The notes: generated from the sequence alone by a model not told the origin. Shown: positions 47,474 through 56,555, counted from the stretch's first letter. The stretch: 64,000 nt of DNA from Candidatus Bathyarchaeota archaeon (GCA_022865705.1 JALHTG010000042.1:15324-79323), one strand, 5' to 3'. Numbers and translations: made by a program.

Positions 47474-48139
47474 TTGAAAGAGATAGGTTTAGTCACAACA
47501 TCGCAAACGCCGCGGAGCGACGTGGTTCCTTCGCTACGCAAGATGATCGGCGGAAGCGTTGAATTTGTGGAGGCCGGTGCTCTCGATGATCTTACGAAGG
47601 AGGAGATCCTGAAGCTCACACCGAAGAGCGATGCCGATCTTTTGGTTTCAAGGACAAGGGATGGTTCTGAGATCATTTTTGGAAAGAGCCACATCATACC
47701 GAGGCTACAGAAATGCATAGACAGTTTGAATGCTAAAGGCGTGGAAGCGATAGCCTTGCTTTGCGCAGGAAGCTTCCCCCGATTCGAATCCAAGGCACCT
47801 ATAGTAAGACCTGACCTATTGATGTACGGCTTCCTGAAATCGATCCCTAATCTGAAGAAGGTTGGTTTACTGGTTCCGAATGAGAAACAGCAGGGATCGA
47901 TAGGAAAGGAGTTTGAGGAGGAAGGTTTTCAGGTTGTGACCTCCTGGCTCTCTCCATATCAGCAAGGTTCGGTTGAAGAAGCGATGAGACCGTTCAAGAG
48001 GGACGATGTCACTGTGATCTCGTTGCTCTGCATGGGCCATAGCCTGGAATTGAAAGAGAAGGTTGTGCAGGTAACTTCGAAGCCTGCCGTCCTTTCGCAG
48101 TCGCTGCTTGCGAAGGCGATAGATGAACTGCTCATATAG
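47474..48139 (+). CDS. AroM family protein (Asp/Glu/hydantoin-racemase-like fold)
   Basis: 221 aa. Hand alignment to E. coli AroM covers both ends: IGLVTTSQTPRSDVVPSL vs LAILTIGIVPMQEVLPLL, and VISLLCMGHS...PAVLSQSLLAKAIDELL vs VIVLDCLGFH...PVLLSNVLIARLAAELL. TTG start, 34 nt after oppC. Confidence 0.6.
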   Translation: MKEIGLVTTSQTPRSDVVPSLRKMIGGSVEFVEAGALDDLTKEEILKLTPKSDADLLVSRTRDGSEIIFGKSHIIPRLQKCIDSLNAKGVEAIALLCAGSFPRFESKAPIVRPDLLMYGFLKSIPNLKKVGLLVPNEKQQGSIGKEFEEEGFQVVTSWLSPYQQGSVEEAMRPFKRDDVTVISLLCMGHSLELKEKVVQVTSKPAVLSQSLLAKAIDELLI

Positions 48140-48276
48140 CTGGTAGCGCGCGCTAACGACCTCAGTCATACGCCGACCATACGACTTAGGTCACGCAACG
48201 CACATAAACCTACCATAAGGCGCAACACTCATCCTGCCAAACCAAGTCGCAAAAATAGTGCAGACTACGCTGCAAT

Positions 48277-48792
48277 TCAGAGCAGTTCTAGCAGCTTTTC
48301 GGCAGCCACCATTGCCGCGACATCGCAAACCTTGAAACATCCTTTGTCGCTATGGCCGCCTGCTGCCTTGAAGGCCTCTCTTTCAGCAGGATCTCTGAAG
48401 TTGAAGGCGCGCCCGTAGATCTTCATCTGGAGCTCTCTGCAAAGCGTCGACTCTAGCGGTTCCTTGAATCCAAACTCTGTTTGAAGTCTTCGCTGAAACT
48501 CGTCGCTGATCTCAATGGCAATGTTCATGGCCCGATTGTACTGTTCAGTATCCTCAATCTTCTCTCTTCCAGAAACGAGTCCAAGGGCCATAAGGGCCCC
48601 CAGCAGTGCACCGCATGTCTCGCCTCGTCGAGCAACTCCGGCTGAAAGGGTAGAGGCGGCTTTGAACGATGCCTTATCGCCGATGCCCAGCCCCTCTTGA
48701 AGAGCCAGCAGAACGCTTTGAGAACAGCCGCTGAACTGTATATTCCTGCGGGTCTTTTGCCTTATCTCCTCAACGAGAGCAGCATTAGCCAT
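48277..48792 (-). CDS. C_GCAxxG_C_C family protein
   Basis: 171 aa. Motifs: FSGCSQSVLLAL, GETCGALLGALMALG and a C-terminal CFKVC. Confidence 0.75.
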   Translation of the reverse strand: MANAALVEEIRQKTRRNIQFSGCSQSVLLALQEGLGIGDKASFKAASTLSAGVARRGETCGALLGALMALGLVSGREKIEDTEQYNRAMNIAIEISDEFQRRLQTEFGFKEPLESTLCRELQMKIYGRAFNFRDPAEREAFKAAGGHSDKGCFKVCDVAAMVAAEKLLELL

Positions 48793-48840
48793 CTCGCATC
48801 ACAGTTGGTGTTCGCAAGCGCGCGGGCTCAGAGGAGTCTT

Positions 48841-50277
48841 CTATTTCTTCTTCCACATGTCTAGAGGCGGCTTCATTTCAGGCGGCAGCGGTGACTTGTA
48901 GACTCTTCCGCCCAATTTCTGCGCGAACTCGTCCTTGACCTTCTTGAGCAGGTCAGGGTTGGTCAGCAGATCAAGGGAACAGGCAGCCATTGTCTTCGCT
49001 GCAAAGATCAGAGACTTGTGTCCAATCCCCATACCTGACTGAGCAGCATTCTGCCAAGAGTGGCCCGGGCTTCCCAATATGAACGTTGAAGTTGTGAGCT
49101 CCATTGCCGGACCCTTCCAGCTCACGTCTGAAACATCAGTTGATCCAGCGCTCCACCTGTCCCAAGTGTCAGGAACCGTCCGATCCAACTCAACGTCCAC
49201 CAGCTTCTCCCAGTCCGGCCTCTTAGACTTCCTCAGCCAATCTCTCTTTGCCTCCGGCGTAATTGTCTTTGAAATCTCCTTCGCGAACTTCTTCTCTTCC
49301 TTAGTGTACTCCGGTGGACCGATCTCCCTCATGTTGCTGATTATGAGATCGTTCAAGGTACGGTTCAGAATCTTGTTGTATAGGCCACCAACGAACTCCA
49401 CCTTGAGCGTCGTTCCAGTCATTATGGCAGCGCCTTTCGCAATCTCGAGAACTCGATTGTATATCTGCTCAACTTGGTCTCTCTCAGGAGCGCGCACGTA
49501 GTACCAGGAGCATGCGTATGCCGGGACAACGTTCGGCTGCTCACCGCCGGAACTCACGACGTAGTGTATCCGAGCTTCTTGGATTATGTGCTCCCGCAGG
49601 TAGTTCACGCCGATATTCATCAACTCAACCGCGTCCGCCGCACTACGTCCTTCCTCCGGAGAAGCTGCTGCATGCGATGATACGCCATAGAAATGGAACT
49701 TCGCATCGTTCACCGCGTTGTTCCCTGAGTAACCGCCCGTATTCATCGAGCCCGGATGGTGGCTGAGAACTGCGTCCACACCGTCGAAGACACCGTCCCT
49801 CACCATGTAGACTTTCCCACCCGCCGTCTCCTCTGCCGGAGTTCCGAAGAACTTCACCGTCCCTTTGATTCCAGTCGCTTCCATCGCGACCTTCGTAGCT
49901 ATTGCTGCCGCCATTCCGGAAGTGCCGTGGATGTTGTGGCCGCAGCCGTGACCTGGCGCACCCTCCACAAGTGGCTCCTTCCGAGGAACGGCCTTCTGCG
50001 ACACGCCTGCTAAGGCGTCGTATTCGCCCATTATTCCAATCATAGGTTTGCCAGATCCGTAGGTTGCGACGAATGCAGTAGGCATCCCGGCAACACCAAT
50101 CTCAACCTTGAACCCCGCCTTCCTCAGCTCCTCAACAAGCAAAGCTGACGACTTGAACTCCTGCAGCCCAAGCTCAGCAAACTCCCAAATCCTGTCACTG
50201 ACCTCAATAATACGTGGCTCATTCTCAGAGATCCAGCGCAGAGCCTTCTGTTTCGCTCCTTCAGACATACGAATCAC
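48841..50277 (-). CDS. M20D amidohydrolase, AbgB-like (aminobenzoyl-glutamate utilisation protein B family)
   Basis: 478 aa. Motifs: GEYDALAG, GHGCGHN and FGTPAEE. Confidence 0.8.
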   Translation of the reverse strand: MIRMSEGAKQKALRWISENEPRIIEVSDRIWEFAELGLQEFKSSALLVEELRKAGFKVEIGVAGMPTAFVATYGSGKPMIGIMGEYDALAGVSQKAVPRKEPLVEGAPGHGCGHNIHGTSGMAAAIATKVAMEATGIKGTVKFFGTPAEETAGGKVYMVRDGVFDGVDAVLSHHPGSMNTGGYSGNNAVNDAKFHFYGVSSHAAASPEEGRSAADAVELMNIGVNYLREHIIQEARIHYVVSSGGEQPNVVPAYACSWYYVRAPERDQVEQIYNRVLEIAKGAAIMTGTTLKVEFVGGLYNKILNRTLNDLIISNMREIGPPEYTKEEKKFAKEISKTITPEAKRDWLRKSKRPDWEKLVDVELDRTVPDTWDRWSAGSTDVSDVSWKGPAMELTTSTFILGSPGHSWQNAAQSGMGIGHKSLIFAAKTMAACSLDLLTNPDLLKKVKDEFAQKLGGRVYKSPLPPEMKPPLDMWKKK

Positions 50278-50471
50278 GCATCCAATTTGTCAAACCTTTT
50301 GTTATAAGACTTAGAGTGACGCCGAGAAATCCACGGGCAGATATTCTTAGAATCCTTGCAGCATCGATCCCACAGCTTGACGTGTGAAAGGATAGAAGAG
50401 CCGCGAATAGATACCCATATTGCTCAGATCCATATCGATCTATCTCCTTCAGTATATGCAAGGTGTTTGGA

Positions 50472-51044
50472 ATGTTGACCAAGAAATCGATCGTGTATTT
50501 CTCCGAACCAGGTGAAATCAATACAGACGAGACCTTGAAAGCGGCGAAAGAACGTGCAGATGAACTCGGTATCAGAGACATCGTGGTCGCAAGTACGCGA
50601 GGCCCAGCGGGATTGAAGACTGTCGAGATGTTCAAGGGCCACAATGTTGTCGTCGTTACCCATGTGACCGGCCAGAAGGAACCCGGAGTCCAAGAACTCA
50701 GCGAGGAGTTCGCCAAGAAGATCGAAGCCGGCGGGGGGAAGATACTGACCTCTGGTCATGCCTTCTCAGGAGTAAACAGAGCTATCCAAAAGCAGTTCGA
50801 CACAATGTATCCAGCCGGCATCATAGCGCAGACATTGAGACTCTTCGGTCAGGGAATGAAAGTGGTTGTCGAGATCGCTGCGATGGCAGCGGATGCAGGA
50901 ATGATTCCTGCGGACAAAGATGTTATGGTCATAGCAGGCTCAGGGAAAGGCTCGGACACCGCAGTCGTTATCAAACCCGCAAACTCTCACAACCTCTTCG
51001 ATATGGTGGTTAAGGAGATCGTCGCCAAGCCCAGCAAGCTCTAG
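50472..51044 (+). CDS. pyruvate kinase alpha/beta (C-terminal) domain-like protein
   Basis: Starts at ATG 50472, 6 nt after an AGGTG SD sequence. It reads MLTKKSIVYFSEPGEINTDETL...DIVVASTRG...VVVVTH, matching the stand-alone PK_C-like family. The track start 50463 is GTG. Confidence 0.6.
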   Translation: MLTKKSIVYFSEPGEINTDETLKAAKERADELGIRDIVVASTRGPAGLKTVEMFKGHNVVVVTHVTGQKEPGVQELSEEFAKKIEAGGGKILTSGHAFSGVNRAIQKQFDTMYPAGIIAQTLRLFGQGMKVVVEIAAMAADAGMIPADKDVMVIAGSGKGSDTAVVIKPANSHNLFDMVVKEIVAKPSKL

Positions 51045-51192
51045 TGCACTCTCTTTCCAAAGATATGTCGACGCGTCAGGATACCGGCGGATGGGATTTG
51101 ATGGGCTCCAAGCTACTGGTGATCATCGCAACTGGGGAGAGGGAAAAAGCTCTTACTGGCATGAGTACTCACCCAAGTGGAGGCGACTGCAT

Positions 51193-52176
51193 ATGGATTA
51201 TGTCAGATTAGGCCGGGCAGGTTTGAGGGTATCGCGTATCTGTCTAGGCACCATGACTTTTGGCCGCGAGGCCGATGAGGAAACCTCGTTCAAGATCATG
51301 GATCGATACGTGGAACTTGGAGGTAATTTCCTAGACACGGCCGACGTGTATTCCGCAGGAAAATCCGAAGAAGTCGTGGGCCGGTGGCTGAAACAGCGCG
51401 GCGCCCGCAACAATATCGTCTTGGCCACCAAAGTGCACGGAGCTATGGGTAAGGGACCGAATGATCGAGGCCTGTCACGCTTACACATTCTGCAGGCTGT
51501 TGAAGCAAGCCTCAAGAGGCTGCAGACAGACGTCATTGACCTGTATCAGATACATCGTTGGGACCCTGAAGTGCCTGTGGAAGAAACATTGGAGGCTCTC
51601 AACGATCTTGTAAGACAAGGCAAGGTTCGTTACATAGGTTGCTCCAACCTCACCTCATGGCAATTGTCAAAATACTCACGCATTGCTGATCAACACTTCT
51701 GGTCACGCTTTGTCAGCATTCAGCCAGTATACAGCGCGCTCAACCGGAGCATTGAAAGAGAGATTCTGCCTCTTTGCCAAGAAGAAGGTTTGGGAGTCAT
51801 CACGTACAACCCGTTGGCTGGCGGTATGCTGACGGGTAAGTATAGGCGGGGAGAGAAGATGCCGGCAGGGGCACGACTCGAAGCTTTCCCCACGTACCAT
51901 CACCGCTACTTCACCAATGAAGCTTTGGGCATCGTGGAACGCTTCGTTGAAACTGCGAGGCAGAAAAGCGTTACACCGGCACAGCTTGCACTGGCTTGGA
52001 TTCTGAGCGAGCCACGAGTGACCTGTCCCATTGTAGGTGCTCGAAACCTAGAGCAGTTCAACGATACTCTCGGTGGTCTAAAGATCACTCTAGACCGGGA
52101 GCAGCGTGCAGCCATCCCGGCCGTGTCTCCGGGACAATGGGTAGGCAAAGATCCGATCTATGACCGCGAGCCCTAG
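51193..52176 (+). CDS. aldo/keto reductase
   Basis: Starts at ATG 51193 (MDYVRLGRAGLRVSRICLGTMTFG). Motifs: FLDTADVYS, IDLYQIHRWD and YIGCSN. Confidence 0.85.
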   Translation: MDYVRLGRAGLRVSRICLGTMTFGREADEETSFKIMDRYVELGGNFLDTADVYSAGKSEEVVGRWLKQRGARNNIVLATKVHGAMGKGPNDRGLSRLHILQAVEASLKRLQTDVIDLYQIHRWDPEVPVEETLEALNDLVRQGKVRYIGCSNLTSWQLSKYSRIADQHFWSRFVSIQPVYSALNRSIEREILPLCQEEGLGVITYNPLAGGMLTGKYRRGEKMPAGARLEAFPTYHHRYFTNEALGIVERFVETARQKSVTPAQLALAWILSEPRVTCPIVGARNLEQFNDTLGGLKITLDREQRAAIPAVSPGQWVGKDPIYDREP

Positions 52177-52233
52177 CAACGGCCAGCACGGGTTCACAAT
52201 TTCAGCGTATGTTAGTAGCACATCGAGCTGATA

Positions 52234-52485
52234 GTGATCGTGGCTAGTCTAACAATAGAAATCACAGGATGGATGGGTGCCCTTCTTGTCTTGTTGGCGT
52301 ATTTTCTTCTCACAACAAGGAGACTGGACAGGGGATCTAGGACCTATCATGTGATGAATCTGGCCGGAGGAATAGGTCTGGCGGTCAACTCGGTTGTCAA
52401 CGGCGCTTACCCTTCCGGTGTAGTGAACGTCGTCTGGATTGCTATAGCAACATATGGCATACTAAGAGGAATCGCACGTCCGTGA
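52234..52485 (+). CDS. small three-TM membrane protein
   Basis: 83 aa and hydrophobic. It resembles the small CBU_0592-type membrane protein family from memory. This is unverified. Confidence 0.5.
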   Translation: MIVASLTIEITGWMGALLVLLAYFLLTTRRLDRGSRTYHVMNLAGGIGLAVNSVVNGAYPSGVVNVVWIAIATYGILRGIARP

Positions 52486-52535
52486 AAGGGCTCGCGCGCT
52501 GATACGACCGGACAATCATTTCTAGCTCCGATGAA

Positions 52536-53708
52536 GTGGGGATTGCAGTGAAAGATTGGCATCGAAGAGGTTGCTCATTACCCTTCTTGGTTTCAATAGC
52601 ATCGGCCCTCATGCTGTTGGCATTCTCACCAATCGAAGCTGACGTGACCGGCGCGGCGCACCCTTCAACTTATCATGTCAACCGCGGAGAGATTTTGAAA
52701 AAAGAGATGAGTGTTCTTGCAGACTCTATTGCAACAGGAATAACTACCACAACAACAACCAGTGTCAGCACAACTACATCAACTAGCACCTCAACAACAA
52801 TCACAACCTCAACAGTCTTGACCACCACCAAATCGACCACAACCACGACATCAACGAAGTACTTGCAGACAACGACTACAAGAACTACCACGACGACCTA
52901 CGTTCTCACACGTTTCTCACCAACTATCATAACTCCCCTCACGATAGTTGCGATGTTGACGGACAAAACCACTACGACCACCACTACAACTTCGACTAAG
53001 ACCGAGATGTTTCAAACAGTCCTGACGACTCTGATCAGAACAACGGTGACAGCTACGGCCACTTCAATTACAAGGCCCTGCATAATTGCGTCGGTTGCAT
53101 ACGGCTCACGAATCGCTCCTGAAGTCCAATTCCTAAGAGAATTCAGAGATGAAACGGCGATGAGAAGCTTCGCGGGGACTCAATTCATGAGGGTCTTTGA
53201 TGGATTCTACTATTCGTTTAGTCCCTGGCTCGCGAGAGTAGTGGTGGAAATTCCTCTTCTGCAAACATTGATTCGAGCCTTCATCTATCCACTTCTCATA
53301 TCGCTTCGCGTGTCAATCGTCGTCCCCATGCTTGCACCTAAGATGTCTGAGTTCACAACTGTTCTTGTGGGCGTAATTGCAAGTTCGTTGATTGGAGTGG
53401 TCTACGCTTCGCCACTCGCTATTCTGTGGAAAGTGGTTCCCAAGAAGGGACCGAAGCTGAGAAGGCTCCACGCGAGAAAAATCTATCAGTGGCTACCTTC
53501 TGCCAGCTCCTCCTCCACCAAATCCTCCGCCAGACCCGAAGCCTCCACCGCCGCCAATGCCACCTCCCATTCCTCCTCCACGGCCACTAGGTGCAGCGGC
53601 CAACATAATTGGTACGAACAGCGAAGGAATCCGGGGTGCCAAGCTTACTTCTGGAAGCTGGATCTTGAGCTCCTTCATAGCTTTCACAACGCTGTCCCCC
53701 ACCCCTAA
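52536..53708 (+). CDS. secreted Thr-rich protein with CFI-box-like C-terminal domain
   Basis: 390 aa with a signal-like N-terminus and poly-Thr blocks. It then reads CIIASVAYGSRIAPEVQFLREFRDE...FYYSFSPWLA plus TM helices. This resembles the CFIATAAYGS...LR.FRD CFI-box-CTERM pattern. The last 216 nt overlap the convergent DUF2207 gene. Confidence 0.6.
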   Translation: MGIAVKDWHRRGCSLPFLVSIASALMLLAFSPIEADVTGAAHPSTYHVNRGEILKKEMSVLADSIATGITTTTTTSVSTTTSTSTSTTITTSTVLTTTKSTTTTTSTKYLQTTTTRTTTTTYVLTRFSPTIITPLTIVAMLTDKTTTTTTTTSTKTEMFQTVLTTLIRTTVTATATSITRPCIIASVAYGSRIAPEVQFLREFRDETAMRSFAGTQFMRVFDGFYYSFSPWLARVVVEIPLLQTLIRAFIYPLLISLRVSIVVPMLAPKMSEFTTVLVGVIASSLIGVVYASPLAILWKVVPKKGPKLRRLHARKIYQWLPSASSSSTKSSARPEASTAANATSHSSSTATRCSGQHNWYEQRRNPGCQAYFWKLDLELLHSFHNAVPHP

Positions 53709-55304
53709 TGCGGTACCGTATACGAGCCATTCACCCCACATTGAGAGATCTTGTGGCGCGTATTTTCTTATGAGAGCTAGATCTGAGAGGAAGGACTTGA
53801 AGGACTCCCATTCTAGCTTCTCTTTGTACGCCTCGCCTTGCCACTTACCGAAAAGGGTTGAAGGAAAAGCAATGGCTATCACAGACTGAATAATGGGTGC
53901 GACTGAGGCGATGACGGCCATGCTCAATATCGAGGCGATGTTCGGCAGCATTAACAATGCTACGAGAGAGGTTACCAGTAGAAGGCCCGAAACCAACAGT
54001 ATTGGTGTGATTCTCTTTCTGCCACTTGCCGTGAACTCAGAAGCCACTCTAGGCTCCGCTACTCTTGTCAGATAGTTTAGCTCCGCGTTCAACTGGAACA
54101 GACGCCCATATTCGCTGGCAGAGAGGTTCTTTGTGAACTCTTTGATTGAGTCAGTATCCATAACTCCGTCCTTGGATAAATCCTTCAGGAATTGTAATGC
54201 GCGACGTTCGTAGATGTCGCCGTCTGCTTGATCAAGAATCCGAATTGCCAACCCGCCGTTCTTGGTATCTATGCGGATCTTGCGCCTCATGTGGAGATCT
54301 AGAAGAGTTGCAAAGAAGCCATCCTCGTCATAATCCACTGCATCGCGCTTGAACACAAGATTGACTATCCAGGGTTTCCTTTCTTTGTTTGGAACTGTGC
54401 TCAAATACCTTGGAACGATGAAACGCTTCTCTCTACCGAACGCAACATAAAGAAGAATCAGAATTGGAGGGTTGAGAACAGCAAGTGCTTTCGCCACATC
54501 CCTCAACAACTGAGCCATTCTATGCTGAATCAGGTAGACAGTGTTAGCTTGAATTGTTGAACCTCTCACATTATCGACTCTTCTCAGAAAGCCGTTCAAG
54601 ACATTCAGAACATCTTTCTTGAATAGAACTTCCAGTTCAAGAAGCTCATCCTTGGCTACACTTCCATAGAACGCGATTTCGTTCCTATCTCTGACCTCTT
54701 TCAAAGGTGGCGGACGGCAATAGGTCATTACAGAATAGTCCACGTCTTTGATGATAAGACTAAAGCTTCGATATGTCAAGTGGGTACTTGCAAGTTGCAG
54801 ATTCAGGTGGCATAGATCCTCGTCATATTCTAATGGAGGATGAAGGACGAAGACATAGCGGACCTTGTATCTTCCGGCCGAGAATCTTTCAGGCTTCAGT
54901 ATGCCAACTTCGTTCAGGCCAGCCAGTGACTTCGCTAAGCCAAGTACGTTTTGGTCATTCTTGTAACGGTCCTCGATCCAAACTGAGCCTTGAGAGTCTT
55001 TGGCATAGACTATCACCTGCTCGGAAGAAGAACCTTTCAAGAACTGAATGTATGGCTTGTTCAGCTGTCCAAACGATAGAGGGGCATCCCAAACTCTGAA
55101 AAGCATTCTATACTGGTTAGACACCTTCACCTGGTACGTGTAGTCTTCCACAAGCGTACCGTTAGCGTACAATGTGGCAACATACTCATCGACCACAGTG
55201 TCCTCTTCCATAATGGATGGAAGGTAACTGACTACGGTTAATCCGGAAATGCCTACTAGAAGCGTGAGAAATACTAGAGCTGCTATTTGTCTGGTTTCAG
55301 CCAA
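53493..55304 (-). CDS. DUF2207 family membrane protein
   Basis: 603 aa. It has an N-terminal TM plus extracellular domain, C-terminal TM helices and a Gly-rich tail (GGGMGGGIGGGGGFGSGGGFGGGGAGRR) typical of DUF2207. TTG start 11 nt after lemA. Confidence 0.75.
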   Translation of the reverse strand: MAETRQIAALVFLTLLVGISGLTVVSYLPSIMEEDTVVDEYVATLYANGTLVEDYTYQVKVSNQYRMLFRVWDAPLSFGQLNKPYIQFLKGSSSEQVIVYAKDSQGSVWIEDRYKNDQNVLGLAKSLAGLNEVGILKPERFSAGRYKVRYVFVLHPPLEYDEDLCHLNLQLASTHLTYRSFSLIIKDVDYSVMTYCRPPPLKEVRDRNEIAFYGSVAKDELLELEVLFKKDVLNVLNGFLRRVDNVRGSTIQANTVYLIQHRMAQLLRDVAKALAVLNPPILILLYVAFGREKRFIVPRYLSTVPNKERKPWIVNLVFKRDAVDYDEDGFFATLLDLHMRRKIRIDTKNGGLAIRILDQADGDIYERRALQFLKDLSKDGVMDTDSIKEFTKNLSASEYGRLFQLNAELNYLTRVAEPRVASEFTASGRKRITPILLVSGLLLVTSLVALLMLPNIASILSMAVIASVAPIIQSVIAIAFPSTLFGKWQGEAYKEKLEWESFKSFLSDLALIRKYAPQDLSMWGEWLVYGTALGVGDSVVKAMKELKIQLPEVSLAPRIPSLFVPIMLAAAPSGRGGGMGGGIGGGGGFGSGGGFGGGGAGRR

Positions 55305-55315
55305 GGTTCTCTGCC

Positions 55316-55888
55316 TTAGACTTCAACGCTAGGCCGCTTCTGCGTCTCCTCCTCGAACCTCAGATACTCCAACTTGCCAAGCTTCATAGCACGAGCCACA
55401 AGCCCTGATGGAAAGGTATCCTGCATGATGTTGAATTCTTGAACAATGTTGTTGTATGTGTATCTTTGTCGAGCAATCTCGTCCTCAACGCTTCTGATCG
55501 CATCCATGAGATTCAAGACAGTGCTGGAAGCTTTCAAATCAGGATAACTCTCTGCTATGGCCAAGACAGTATTCATAACCGTTCGAGACTCGCGTTCAAT
55601 GTCTCTTAGATCTTCAGCCCTGCCCTTGAGCATCTCACTTCTCAGGCGCGCGATTTTCTCGAAGATTTCCCTTTCGAATTTCACATAGGCCCTGACAGAC
55701 TCCACCAGCTGCGTTATCAGATCCAGCCTCTTCTTCAATGCAACTCCAATCTGACCTAGAGTTGCCTCAGCCGAGTTCCTTAGACTATAGAGCCTGTTGA
55801 ACAATGAGATCAAGTATATGGCCAAACCCACAGAAACAATACCTGCTGTTGCTATGAGGAACAGTGATGACAAATCCAAGATAGACAA
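55316..55888 (-). CDS. lemA: LemA family protein
   Basis: 190 aa. It has an N-terminal TM, and YNNIVQEFNIMQDTFPSGLVA matches the LemA signature. Confidence 0.85.
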   Translation of the reverse strand: MSILDLSSLFLIATAGIVSVGLAIYLISLFNRLYSLRNSAEATLGQIGVALKKRLDLITQLVESVRAYVKFEREIFEKIARLRSEMLKGRAEDLRDIERESRTVMNTVLAIAESYPDLKASSTVLNLMDAIRSVEDEIARQRYTYNNIVQEFNIMQDTFPSGLVARAMKLGKLEYLRFEEETQKRPSVEV

Positions 55889-56026
55889 CTCACCTACATA
55901 TTTCCGGGATCGGGTTCATTCTCAGCGTTGAGATATCAATGTTGCTAAGGTGCCATAATGGCCTGTTTCTTCGAGGAGAAAATCTTAATCCCCTGATTCG
56001 CTCTTTGTTCCGCATCGTTAAGGTGA

Positions 56027-56554
56027 TGTTTCACGAGCAAGCCGATTTGGATTGTTAGAGATTACGTAAAGTGTAGCGGATGTAGGCGATGTGAGATAGC
56101 GTGCAGCCTGCATCACGAGGGATGGATGTGGCCTGAGGCATCTCGAATAAGGATATTCATGCCGTTCCCAGGACTTGAGGTTCCCCACCTTTGCGCTCAA
56201 TGCGATGATTACCCGTGCATCAAATCCTGCCCCGTCGAAGCACTATCCACTGACCAAGGAACAAAGGCTGTGATTGTAAACAGAGAGAAGTGCATAAGCT
56301 GCAGCAAATGCATCACCGCGTGCCCCGGCCATGTTCCTTTTCTCCATCCAAAGGACAACAAAGCAACCATCTGCGACTTCTGTGGTGGAGATCCCGAATG
56401 CGTCAAGGTCTGCGTTGAGGCCAAATACAATGCCTTAACACTCGTTCAAGAAGAGCCGACTGTCGACAGAAAGCTGTTCGCTAGGAAACCAGTCGAAGTA
56501 GCTAAGGATCTCGCAGTGAATCTCTTCGGCGAGAAAGGAGAAGAAGTGATCTAA
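56027..56554 (+). CDS. four-cluster [4Fe-4S] ferredoxin-like electron-transfer subunit of AOR (AorA-like); start unresolved
   Basis: The frame is open from 56027. It encodes four Cys motifs: CSGCRRCEIAC, CAQCDDYPCIKSCP, CISCSKCITACP and CDFCGGDPECVKVC. The track start (ATG 56126) would delete the first motif. There is no in-frame ATG, GTG or TTG upstream of that motif. Confidence 0.75.
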   Translation, partial: CFTSKPIWIVRDYVKCSGCRRCEIACSLHHEGWMWPEASRIRIFMPFPGLEVPHLCAQCDDYPCIKSCPVEALSTDQGTKAVIVNREKCISCSKCITACPGHVPFLHPKDNKATICDFCGGDPECVKVCVEAKYNALTLVQEEPTVDRKLFARKPVEVAKDLAVNLFGEKGEEVI

Positions 56555-56555
56555 G

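Noticed and set aside
52740-53000. Repetitive ACN-rich nucleotide stretch, and a similar one at 36290-36700, considered as a tandem repeat or CRISPR-like array. The antisense poly-Val ORF 52673-52891 was considered too.
   Set aside because: There are no regularly spaced identical repeats. The periodicity is codon-level (Thr ACN codons) inside long ORFs with signal and anchor segments. The poly-Val ORF is simply the complement of those codons.
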